Shown here: positions 41,040-51,894 of the stretch, piece after piece | Layout: each line of letters opens with the position of its first letter | Numbering within the stretch: position 1 is the first letter of the stretch | NCBI RefSeq assembly: GCF_044704955.1 | Contig: NC_091985.1 | Span: forward strand, 208,568,001 to 208,632,000 | Origin: Pristiophorus japonicus | Lineage: Eukaryota | Direction: 5' to 3' | DNA length: 64,000 nt | Program-made: the position numbers and the translations under genes | The notes under the pieces: generated by a model | Seen by the model: only the letters and a program-made list of their open reading frames with translations | Told to the model about the DNA's origin: nothing | The model's database searches: none

Positions 41040-42283
41040 GGGCCCAAGTTTCCACACGATAAAAAACGGGGGCCCCTCCGAGCTGGGCGCCCGTTTTTCG
41101 CGCCTAAAACGGTGCCTAAAAAAAATCGCGATTCTGGAGCGTTCTGCAGCTCTTTGTCTGCCTGGCGCGGTGCCCAGGGGGGCGGAGCCTACACTCGCGC
41201 CGATTTTGTAAGTGGGAGGGGGCGGGTACTATTTTAATTAGTTTTTTCCCTGCCGGCAACGCTGTGTGTTGGAGCGTTCGCGCACGCGCAGTGTGAAAAA
41301 AACATTGGCACTCGGCCATTTTTGTAGTTCTTTGTCGCTGTTTAATTTTGAAAATTTTTTAAATAAACGCACATTGCCATCAGCACATCAGCACTTGCAG
41401 CCTTCTCACTGCCTCCCCCCCCCACCCGCGGGAAGAACGGGCGCCGCCTCCTCCCCCCCCCACGGGAAGAACGGGCGCCTCCTCGCCCCCTGCGGGAAGA
41501 ATGGGCGCCTCCTCCCCCCGCCCCCCCGTGGGAAAGAACGGGCGCCTCCTCTCCTCCCCCCCCCCCCCCCGCGGGAAGAACGGGCGCCTCCTCGCCCCCT
41601 GCGGGAAGAACGGGCGCCTCCTCCCCCCGCCCCCCCGTGGGAAAGAACGGGCGCCTCCTCTCCTCCCCCCCCCCTCCTCCCCCCCTCCTCCCCCCCCCCC
41701 ACGGGAAGAACGGGCGCCTCCTCGCCCCCTGCGGGAAGAACGGGCGCCTCCTCCCCCCGCCCCCCCCCCCCGCGGGAAGAACGGGCGCCTCAGGCTGACT
41801 GCAGCATTCTCCGTGCCTTCACACAGGTAGGAAGATGGTTTATTTAATCTTTTCTTTGCTTATAAATGTTTATTCAGGTTGGATTTATTTGTATAATATT
41901 TGTAGAAGTATAAATAAGGATTTATTGTAGAATTTAATGACTTCCCTTCCCCCCCCCCCCCACACCTCGTTCTGGATGCCTAATTTGTAACCTGCGCCTG
42001 ATTTTTTAATGTGTAGAACAGATTTTTTCAGTTCTACAAAAATCTTCACTTGCTCCATTCTAACTTAGTTTGGCGTACGTTTTCACTGTGGAAACTTTGA
42101 AATCAGGCGTCAGTGGCCGGACATGCCCCCTTTTGAAGAAAAAAATTCTGTTCCAAAGTAGAACTGTTCTACCTGACTAGAACTGCAGAAAAAAAAATGT
42201 GGAGAATTGCGATTTCTAAGATAGTCCGTTCTCCACCAGTTGCTCCTAAAAATCAGGTGCAAATCATGTGGAAATTTGGGCCC
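41040..42283. mobile_element. Non-autonomous TIR DNA transposon (MITE), possibly PIF/Harbinger-like
   Basis: 21-bp TIRs gggcccaagtttccacacgat / atcatgtggaaatttgggccc (2 mismatches), flanked by aat/tat. Empty site in copy A at about 5665. Superfamily inferred only from the TIR start and 3-bp TSD. Confidence 0.85.
41425..41790. repeat. GC-rich 30-40-bp minisatellite inside the MITE
   Basis: gggaagaacgggcgcctcct followed by a variable poly-C tract, about 11 copies. Confidence 0.92.
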
Positions 42284-43311
42284 TATGAGTGATAAAAGCA
42301 ACTTGTGAAACAATCCCATTTTTCCTAATTTAATTTGTGACAAAAAGATGGTCTGAGCATGCGCTAAATACATGCTGCTCCTCCCCTCCCCACACAGTGT
42401 TTAAACCGACGGGAAGGGCCCAGGCGAGCTCCCCTCCTTCAGCTCTGTCAGCGGCTGCCGTTTCCTCTGTGCTCGGCTGATAATCGTTGAACACATCAGG
42501 GAGTGCAGATATCCCGGGCCCGAGTAAGGGAGCAAACAGAAGCCTCCTTCCAGCAGCTCATCGCATTGGGACTGTGTCCACAGATGGGCTTTGTGTCGGG
42601 GTAAGTTCAGCGGCAGTCGGGGGCTGTTTGTAAGGGGCAGAGTGGAGCAGGAACTAGTTGTGGAACATGGAGTGAGTGGTGGAAGGGGGAGGCCATTCTT
42701 GGGCTGAGTGTACAGTGTAAGGTAACAGAGAAAGTAAATCACCTCGCTCTTTCAAATCAGTGCTGCTTTCTTCCCCCAAATTAGTAGTGAATGTTCCTGA
42801 TTCAGTTCCAATCTCACAGTGTCTGTTCTTGGACAGTGAACAGTGGAAACACAGCCTGACTGAGGAGTGTCGCAAAGTGTATCTATTGCAGGCAGCGGGG
42901 GAGGAGTGTGAAAGGAGACATTTCAAAAATGGGTTATTTTGTTTCGATGTGTTGAATTCTCCAGAATCCTGTGGCTGGTGATCGAGAGATACATTGTCGC
43001 TCGCTCAGATACATCAGCATCTGGTCACTGTGACATTCTGTTAATGACACAGGCCCTCAACTCGGTTTCAATGGACTGAGAACAATTGTTGTACAGCCCA
43101 GGTACCTGTGGTTAGATTCCAGGACGCGATTCAGAGTTTTACAGGTAGTCCCATGGGAGGACTGTGCCAATCGGGTGTTCCCATTCATGGACCAGTGCTG
43201 GGTTTGGGTTGTGTCTGGATGCTGATAACTTACTATAGAATCGTCCTACACACCTGGTGTGGGGAATCTGAGTGTCGCTGTAGTTCTTGCATCTCTCTGC
43301 AAATTTGCTCC

Positions 43312-44125
43312 CCCATAATGTTGGAAAGTGTGAGATCATGCACTTTGGCAGGAAAAATCAAAGAGCAAGTTATGATTTAAATGGAGAAAGATTGCAAAGT
43401 GCTGCAACAGCGGGACCTGGGGGCACTTGTGCATGAAACACAAAAGGTTAATATGTAGGTACAGCAAGTGATCAGGAAAGCCAATGGAATCTTGGCCTTT
43501 ATTGCAAAGGGGATGGAGTATAAAAGCAGGGAAGCCTTGCTACAGTTGTACAGAGTATTGGTGAGGCCACACCTGGAATACTGCGTGCAGTTTTGGCTTC
43601 CATATTTACAAAAGGATATACTTGCTTTGGAGGCAGTTCAGAGAAGGTTCACAAGGTTGATTCTGGAGAAGAGGGGGTTGACTTATGAGGAAAGGTTGAG
43701 TAGGTTGGGCCTCTACTCATTGGAGTTCAGAAGAATGAGAGGTGATCTTATCGAAACATATAAAATTATGAGGGAGCTTGACAAGGTGGATGCAGAGAGG
43801 ATGTTTCCACTGATAGGGGGAACTAGAACTAGAGGGCATAATCTTAGAATAAGGGGCTGCCCATTTAAACCTGAGATGAGGAGAAATTTCTTCTCAGAGG
43901 GTTGTGGATCTGTGGAATTCTCTGCCTCAGAGAGCTGTGGAAGCTGGGGCATTGAATAAATTTAAGACAGAAATAGACAGTTTCTTAAATGATAAGGGGT
44001 TATGGAGAACGGGCAGGGAAGTGGACCCGAGTCCTTGATCAGATCAGCCATGTTTGTATTAAATGGCGGAGCAGGTTCGAGAGGCCCTATGGCCTACTCC
44101 TGCTCCTATTTCTTATGTTTTTATA
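43312..44125 (+). mobile_element. CR1 3' fragment (same subfamily as 18145-19415)
   Basis: KANGILAFIAKGMEYKSRE..RPHLEYCVQFW and the 3' tail. Confidence 0.93.
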
Positions 44126-44129
44126 AACC

Positions 44130-45482
44130 TTAGAATCATAGAAAAATGACGACACAGAATGGGGCTATCTGTCCCATCGTGTCCGTGCTGGTGTACATCA
44201 TGTCCCATATTTTTCCCTCTAGTTGGTGGCCTTTACAATACACCTATTGTGTAACCTCTATTATTTCTTAACCATAGCCATATAGATTCTGTCCTTGACC
44301 CCTCCAGGACATCCTCTCTCTCCAGCATTGTAACATTCTCCTTAACCAATACTGCCACATCACCTCCTATCTGTCCTTCCCTATCTTTCCTGAACTCCTA
44401 TATCCAGGAATATTTAATACCCAATCCTGCCCTTTTTGAGCCAGGTCTCCGTTATTGCCATGACATCATATTCCATGCAGCTCACCAGCCTTGTTTACTA
44501 TGCTTCATGTGTTTACATACATACACCATAAACCCATCTTAGACCATTCTGTGTTCTCTCTTAGTCTGACCCCACCTAATACCTTACTATTTCTTGCTTT
44601 GGTGCTATCCGTCTCTCCCAATCCTTTGTGCCCTTTGTTTTTCCTTTATAATTTTACATCCTGGTGTCCATCCTCCTGCCAACTTAGTTTAAACCCTCCC
44701 CAATAGCACTACCAAACCTCCCCGCAGGGATATTGGTGCCGGCTCTGTTGAGGTGCAACCCGTCTGGCCTGTACAGGTCCCACCTCCCACATAAACGGTC
44801 CTAATGCCCCAGGAATCTGAAGCATCTCTCCAGCCATGCATTCATCGGCTCTATCCTACTATTTCAATACTCGCTCGCGCATGGCACCGGGAGTAATCTG
44901 GAGATTACTACTTTTGAGGTCCTGCTTTTTAATCTCTTTCCTAACTCCCTATAATGCCTGCAGGATCTCATCCAGTTTCTACCTCTGTCGTTGGTACCAA
45001 CTTGGACCACGACCTCTGGCTGTTCACCCTCCCTCCTCACAATGTTCTGCAACCATTCAGTGACATACTTAACCCTAACACCAGGGAGGCAACATACCAT
45101 CCTGGAGTCACATCTGTGGCCGCAGAAACACCTGTCTGCTCCCCTGACTATCGAAGTCCCTACCACTATTGCTTTTCCTATCTTCCTCCTTGCTCCCTCC
45201 CCCGCTGTACAGCTGAGCCACTCGTGGTGACATGGATTTGGCCCTGGCTATATTCCTCACCCTCACCAGTACTCAGAACGGAATACTGGTTGGAGAGCGA
45301 GATGCAGTAGTGTTTTATATAGATTTAGCATCAATTCCTGGCTTTGTTAACCTGTCCTGCCACCTCCAAAGAATTTTGCACAGGCATCCGCAGGTCTCTC
45401 TCTTCTTCCATCCTGTTAACATTGTACCATTTGGAATGTATTGTCTCTCATTCTTCCGACCAAAATGGACCACCTCACTGTA
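44130..45482 (-). mobile_element. Old rearranged CR1 fragments including an ORF1/ORF2 junction
   Basis: VGTSIVRG..MVCCLPG..VGTND esterase, junction at 44684-44693, endonuclease start, and an RT piece at 45310-45480. Confidence 0.82.
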
Positions 45483-45510
45483 TTGAATTTTATCTGCACT
45501 CCTTTTACAG

Positions 45511-47235
45511 GGTTTTAGAAGAGGAGCATTTACCAACTGTAAACTCAAAACAAACATCACGTCAAGATCTGACAGAGTCACACGATTCATCAGGACCTAA
45601 TTCAATCGGTCCTCGAATCATCTGGCATATTAGCGAGTTCACACTCATGACAGACCTTTTCAATCTGAGTGTGGGAAGGCCTTCAAAATCTACAAGTACC
45701 CAAAGAGACACCAGCGCCGAGACACTGAGGGAGCCTATTCACTTGCTTGTGTGAGGGATGGGATTCACTCGATCATCCGCTGCGATTAACACCAGTGAAT
45801 TTGCAGTAGGGAGGGACCGTTAACCCGCTCCATTAGTGGGAAGGGATTAATTGCACCATCCGTGCTGCTGAGACACCAGCATGTCCACTCTGATGAGGGT
45901 CGGTTGACCTGCTTCGTGTTTTTGAAGTGATTCACTTATTCTTCCACCCTCCTGAGACACCAGTTTATGCACAGTGATGAGAAACCAATTAAATGGTCTG
46001 ACTTTGGAACGAGATTTAAAAGTTCCCAGGATCTGAAGGGACATCAGCTGGAGAGAATAGGAGAGATTCTGTTCACCTGCTCCGTGTGCGGGAAGGAGTT
46101 CATTCAGTCATCCCACCTGCTGAGGCACCTGTGAGTTCATGGGGGGGGACATGCCGGTGAAACATTCTGACTGTGGGAAAAGCTTTAAAAGGTCTCAGGA
46201 GCTGAAGCAATTCCAGCTGGAGGGAGCTGGACAGAGACCGTTCACCTGCTCCATGTGTGGGAAGGGATTCAAACAGTCATCCAGCCTGCTGACACACCAG
46301 AATGTTCACACTGACGAGAGACCATTTAAATGTTCTGACTGTGTGAAGAGCTTTAAAAGCTTTGGGAACCTGCTGACACACCAGCGTACTCACACTGGAG
46401 AGAGGCTGTTCACCTGCTCCGTGTGTGAGAAGAGATTCAGTCTCTCCTCCACCCTGCTGACACACCAGCGTGCTCACACTGGGGAGAGGCCATTCACCTG
46501 CTCCGTGTGTGAGAAGGGATTCAGTCTCTCCTCCACCCTGCTGACACACCAGCGTGCTCACACTGGGGAGAGGCCGTTCACCTGATCCGTGTGTGAGAAG
46601 AGATTCACTCGGACATCCCACCTGATGACACACCGGCGAACTCACATTGATAAGAGACCATTTACATGTTCTGACTGTGGGAAGAGCTTTAAAAGCTCTG
46701 GGGATCTGAAGGGACACCAGCGAGTTCACACTGATGAGAGGCCGTTCACATGTTCTGTTTGTGGGGAGAGCTTTAAAAGCTCTGGGGATCTGAAAGGACA
46801 CCAGCTTGTTCACACCGATGAGAGACCTTTTAAATGTTCTGACTGGGAAGAGCTTTAAAAGCTTCGGGAATCTGATGGCACACCAGCGTGATCACAGTGG
46901 GGACAGACCATTTCACTGCTCCGTGTGTGGGAAGGGATTTACTCGATCCTCGACTCTGCTGACACACCAGCGAGTTCACACTGGGGAGAGGCCGTTCATC
47001 TGCTCTGTGTGTGGGAAGTGATTCACTCGGCTGACCCACCTGCAGACACACCAGCGAGTTCACACTGGGAACAGGCCAGTGAAACGTTCGGGATTGGGAA
47101 AAAAGTTTAAATGGTCCCAGGAGCTGAAGAGACACCAGCTGGAGAGAGCGGGAAAGAGACTGTTCACCTGCTCTGTGTGTGGGAAAGAATTCCCTCGGTC
47201 CTGGACTCTGCTGACACACCAGCGAGTTCACATTG
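45511..47235 (+). pseudogene. C2H2 zinc-finger array exon, disrupted
   Basis: Acceptor ccttttacag ending at 45510. Many [12 protein letters not shown] units, with stops (e.g. 46583-46585, about 47019) and frameshifts. Confidence 0.9.
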
Positions 47236-47374
47236 TTCTGTAACACAGGGCCCTGCAGAAAGCTGGGCCCACATGAACATGGAACGGATGAATGTTTTAT
47301 AAATTCTTGTACTGCTGATAATCTTTCAAACTGTTGTGCTGATAATTCCCTTTATTTGACTTTTCATGCTATTA

Positions 47375-47660
47375 CATAGAATATACAGCACAGAAACAGG
47401 CCATTTGGCCCAACCAGTCTATGCTGGTGTTTATGCTCCACTCGAACCTCTTTTGACCCTACTTTAATTAACCCGATGAAAATAACTTTGTATAGCTTTG
47501 TCCCTTGTGTTTATCTGGCTTCCCCTTAAATGCATCTGTGCTATTCACCTCAACGACTCTTTGTGGTAGCGAGTTCCACATTCTAACCACTCTCTGAGTA
47601 AAGAAGTTTCTCCTGAGTTTCCTCCTGGATTTATTAGTGACTATCTTATATTTATGGCAC
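47375..47660 (-). mobile_element. CR1 3' fragment
   Basis: tacagcacagaaacaggccat tail; tggtagcgagttccacatt (MWNSLP antisense). Confidence 0.8.
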
Positions 47661-48399
47661 CAGAAATATGATGAGTTTCTGTTAAGCTGAGCAGTATATC
47701 GTTGTGCTTTACTTGTTCTGATGATATTAAATAAATGAAGTTATCGGAGCTGCAAGATATTTGCAGCTTTGGATTAGCAACCAACAGTATAAACAACTTA
47801 GCACTGTGTTCCTTCATGGTAATACTTCACGTTAACAAGTTCTGAAACTATTTATAGGGATGAGAAAACAAGAGACTTAAAACACTTCAAATATCTGACC
47901 CATGATTACAAACGCAGAGGTTAATTATCGCCACTAATTTTCACTTTTTAAAAAAAAAGTATGAGCAGGTCCTCTCATTTTAAAACAAAGTTTAAAAAAA
48001 AACAGTTGGAGTGAGTTAAGTATCAAAGCTTTAACTACAGCTAACAAGCTCATTTTTCTTGTTGAGAAATTAATGGTTTGAGATACACAGGAACAAAGGA
48101 TGGTTAAAAACATTAGAAAGCAAAATAAATCAGGAAGTAATTGGTGCCACCGAGCTTGGGTTTTTTAAAGCCTGGTTGTAAGAGGAAGCTAATGGTTTGA
48201 AGTTGTGGAAAGTAATGAGAGTTAGGTCAGGACACTGTGATAGGAGCATTGATTACAACACAATGATATAACCCAGCTGTGTACAGTCCTCAGTTCAACA
48301 TAGTCATATCTCCCAGAAACCTTGCTTTTTCCTAGAATATAGGGGGCACAGTTCTGATCCACATTAGTGCCAATATCAAGTAAATAAAAACATTGAGCT

Positions 48400-48645
48400 A
48401 CAGATTAGCATGTTTAAATGTTAAAAGGATTCGATAGGTTAGATATGGAGAAACTATTTTATCATGAAGGGAAATAATCTTAAAATTAGAGCTAGGCCAT
48501 TTAGGAGGGAAATCAGGAAACACTTTTTCATATAAAAGGCTGTAAAAAAAACTGGAATTATCTCCCCAAAAGGCTGTGAATGCTGGGATAATTGGAGCTT
48601 TCAAGACTGAGATCGATAATATTGTTAGTTAATGGTATCCAGGGA
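48400..48645 (+). mobile_element. Old CR1 3' fragment running into a minisatellite
   Basis: ttaaaaggattcgatagg..ttcaagactgagatcgat..ggtatccagggatat. Confidence 0.75.
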
Positions 48646-49213
48646 TATAGAGATAGAGATGGGTCCTGTGGAAGGATCCAGGGATATAAAGATAGAGAGG
48701 GGCCCTGTGGAAGGATCCAGGGATATAGAGATAGAGAGGGGTCCTGTGGAAAGATCCAGGGATATAGAGATAGAGAGGGGTCCTGTGGAAAGATCCAGGG
48801 ATATAGAGATAGAGAGGGGCCCTGTGGGAGGATCCCGGGATATAGAGAGAGAGGGGCCCTGTGGAAAGATCCAGGGATATAGAGATAGAGAGGGGTCCTG
48901 TGGAATGATCCAGGAATATAGAGATAGAGAGGGGTCCTGTGGAAAGATCCATGGATATAGAGATAGAGAGGGACCCTGTGGAAAGATCCATGGATATAGA
49001 GAGGGGTCCTGTGGAAAGATCCAGGGATATAGAGATAGAGAGGGGTCCTGTGGAATGATCCAGGGATATAGAGATAGAGAGGGGTCCTGTGGAAAGATCC
49101 ATGGATATAGAGATAGAGAGGGGTCCTGTGGAAAGATCCATGGATATAGAGATAGAGAGGGACCCTGTGGAAGGATCCAGGGATATAGAGATAGAGAGGG
49201 GCCCTGTGGAAGG
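48638..49213. repeat. 39-bp minisatellite, about 15 copies
   Basis: Unit ggatatagagatagagaggggtcctgtggaaagatccag; period 39. Confidence 0.95.
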
Positions 49214-49269
49214 AGGGAGGAAGGAGGACAGTAGGAGTATGTTTGAGATTGTGTGTATGTATTGGCACA

Positions 49270-49506
49270 TGTGGCAGAGCCTGGTCTCCAGTTGTCTTGG
49301 ATCCCCTTACCACTGGACCAAGACCTTGCTCCGTCCAGTCCGTGTGGTGGCTGGTGTGCAACGGCCAGCTCACATTAAAATAATTCAGGCACAGGCATTT
49401 TAAAATGTTTAAACCGTTTAAAATGAGTTCATTGGTCACCTGGGTGCTCATCTTTGGTCTGGAAGCAAGTCATCATCGACCCCGAGGGACTGCTTATGAT
49501 GATGAT
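49270..49506 (+). mobile_element. RTE-tailed SINE-like fragment
   Basis: Homologous to about 6955-7204; ends gagggactgctt(atg)n. Confidence 0.75.
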
Positions 49507-49889
49507 TTTCTGAGGAATGAAACATTACTGAGCCCCATGTTATGGGATGAAGTGCTAGACAAGTAAAGGCCCAGTGTCTGGGTGTGAATCTAATAATAAC
49601 CTCAGGGACCGTATAGGTGCGATAACCAGACGGGCTTGTGGTTATAGTCTGGTCACAGATGGACAAAACTCCCGGAATTAACAGGAGTTCAGGAGACGGT
49701 CAATGGATAGGTCCAAACAATCCCATTCCCTGAATTTAAGCCATTGTCAGTTGGAACAGACTCCAGAAGATCGCCTGTGAAGCCACTGTACTTCTATTCT
49801 GCAGACTGAGGGAATTATCACAATCTATGTTCTTGTGAGCTTGATTACCTGATGTCCAAAACCCTTGGACCCTGGATCATTCAAGTCAA

Positions 49890-50035
49890 CCTCAGTGTGT
49901 GGAAAGGGATTCACTGGGGTATCTCACCTGCTGACGCACCAGAATTTCCACATCATGACTGCAGTGGTTCAATTGCATTATTTCCAGTGCTTTTAAACAC
50001 ATCCAGGACTGAACACATTCAGGCAACTGGGGCTT
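49890..50035 (+). pseudogene. Isolated last zinc finger and ZNF-type 3' UTR remnant
   Basis: [20 protein letters not shown], then gactgcag..cacatccaggactgaac as in the other ZNF 3' ends. Confidence 0.65.
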
Positions 50036-50124
50036 GTTAATGTTAAGAGTCCCCAATAAGTGGGCTGGATTTAAAGATTCTTCCATGTTCTCTCTGTGCT
50101 AGTGTGCAGAGAGGAGCTGATGTT

Positions 50125-51815
50125 ACAGAATCAGAGCACAGTAGGATGCCTTTCGGCCCATCATGCTAATGCCAGCTCTCTGAAAGAGCTACGCAATTAG
50201 TCCCGCTCCCCTGCTCTTTCCCCACAGCCCCGCAAATTTCTGCTTTCAACTATATATCCAATTCCCTTTTGAAAGTTAATATTGAATCTGCTTCTGCCAA
50301 CCATTCAGGCAGTGCATTCCAAAACATAAAAACTCACTGCGTAAAAACTGTCTCTTCATTCCCCCTCTGGATTCTTTTGCCAATTATCTAAAATCTGTGT
50401 CTTCTCATTACCAGCCATCCTTCCACTGACAATATTTTCTCCTTGTTTGCTCTAAAAAAAAAAAAAGCACCTCTATCACATCTCCACTTAACCGTCTCTG
50501 CTCCAAGATACATTGCCATTGTTCTGTGAATTCCTACAGCCTGAGGAATGGGACATGCTATCTTTGTGAGCAACGAGTGTCAGCATCCAGCAATCTCTGG
50601 TCAGGGACTGTTTTTTTAAACTGCCTCATGATCATTGTATAGAAATTTACGGCACGGAAGGAGGCCATTCAGCCCATCATGTCCGTGCCGGCCGACAAGC
50701 AGTTATCCAGCCTAATCCCACTTTCCAGCTCTTGGTCCATATTACTGCACTTCAAGTGCACATCCAAGTACTATTTAGAAGTGGAGAGGGTTTCTGCCTC
50801 TACCACCCTTTCAGGCAGTGAGTTCCAGACCCCCACCATCCTCTGGGTGAAAACACTTCCCCTCATAACTCCTCTAAACCTCCTACCAATTACTTTAAAT
50901 CTATGCCCCCTGGTTGTTGACGCCTCTGCTAAGGGAAATAGGTCCTTCCTATCCACTCTATCTAGGCCCCTCATAATTTTATACACCTCAATAAGGTCTC
51001 CCCTCAGCCTCCTCTGTTCCAAAGAAAACAACCCCAGCCTATCCAATCTTTCCTCGTAGCTAAAATTCTGCAGTCCAGGCAACATCCTCAGAAATCTCCT
51101 CTGTACCCTATCTAGTGCAATCACATCGTTCCTGTAATGTGGTGACCAGAACTGCACACAGTACTCTAGCTGTGGCCTAACTAGTGTTTTATACAGTTCA
51201 AGTGTAACCTCCCTGGCTCTTGTATGCTACCTTGGCTAATAAAAGCAAGTACCCTGTATGCCTTATCTATCTGTCCTGCTACCTTCAGGGATTTGTGGAC
51301 ATGCCCTCCAAAGTCCCTCTACGCTTCTCAGTGTCCTACCATTTATTATGTATTTCCTTGCCTTGTTAGCCTTCCCCAAATGCATCACCTCACACTTCTC
51401 TGGATTGAATTCCATTTGCCACTGTTCTGCCCACCTGACCAGTCCATTGATACCTTCCTGCAGTCTACAACGCTCTTTTTCATTATCAACCACACAGACA
51501 ATTTTTTGTATCATCTGCAAACTTCTTAATCATACCCCCTACATTCAATTCTAAATCATTGATATATACCACAAAAAGCAAGGTTCCAGTACTGAGCTTT
51601 GCGGAACCCCACTGGAAACAGCCTTCCAGTCACAAAAACACCCATCAATCATTACCCTCTGCTTCCTGCCTCTGAGCCAATTTTGGATCCAACTTGACAC
51701 TTTGCCCTGGATCTGACGAGCTTTTACTTCCATGACCAGTCAGCCATGTGGGACCTTATCAAAAGCCTTGCTGAAATCTACATAGACTACATCAAATGCA
51801 CTGCACTCATTGACC
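50125..51815 (-). mobile_element. CR1 3' fragments (50125-50480 and 50640-51815)
   Basis: QFWSPHYRNDVIAL..RLRGDLIEVYKIM, SGVPQSSVL. Confidence 0.88.
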
Positions 51816-51894
51816 CTGTCTCTGTCTCTGTCTTGTGTTTAATTCCAGGAACACTATTCCAGAGTCATTCTGGAATGTAAAAATAAACTCCGGC

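Larger units (their letters stand above)
40855..43283 (+). repeat. Module copy D (interrupted by a MITE, 3' end replaced by CR1)
   Basis: Collinear with copy A, including the empty site of CR1 copy 1. Confidence 0.85.

Noticed and set aside
47665-47728. C/D-box snoRNA-like pattern (ATGATGA..CTGA..CTGA)
   Set aside because: No convincing terminal stem or C' box and no target I can identify. An Rfam/snoscan search would be needed.
48558-49451. Long ORFs over minisatellites (also 41266-41847, 58795-59531, 7907-8470, 63092-63499)
   Set aside because: Stop-free repeat units are open in several frames; there is no independent coding evidence.
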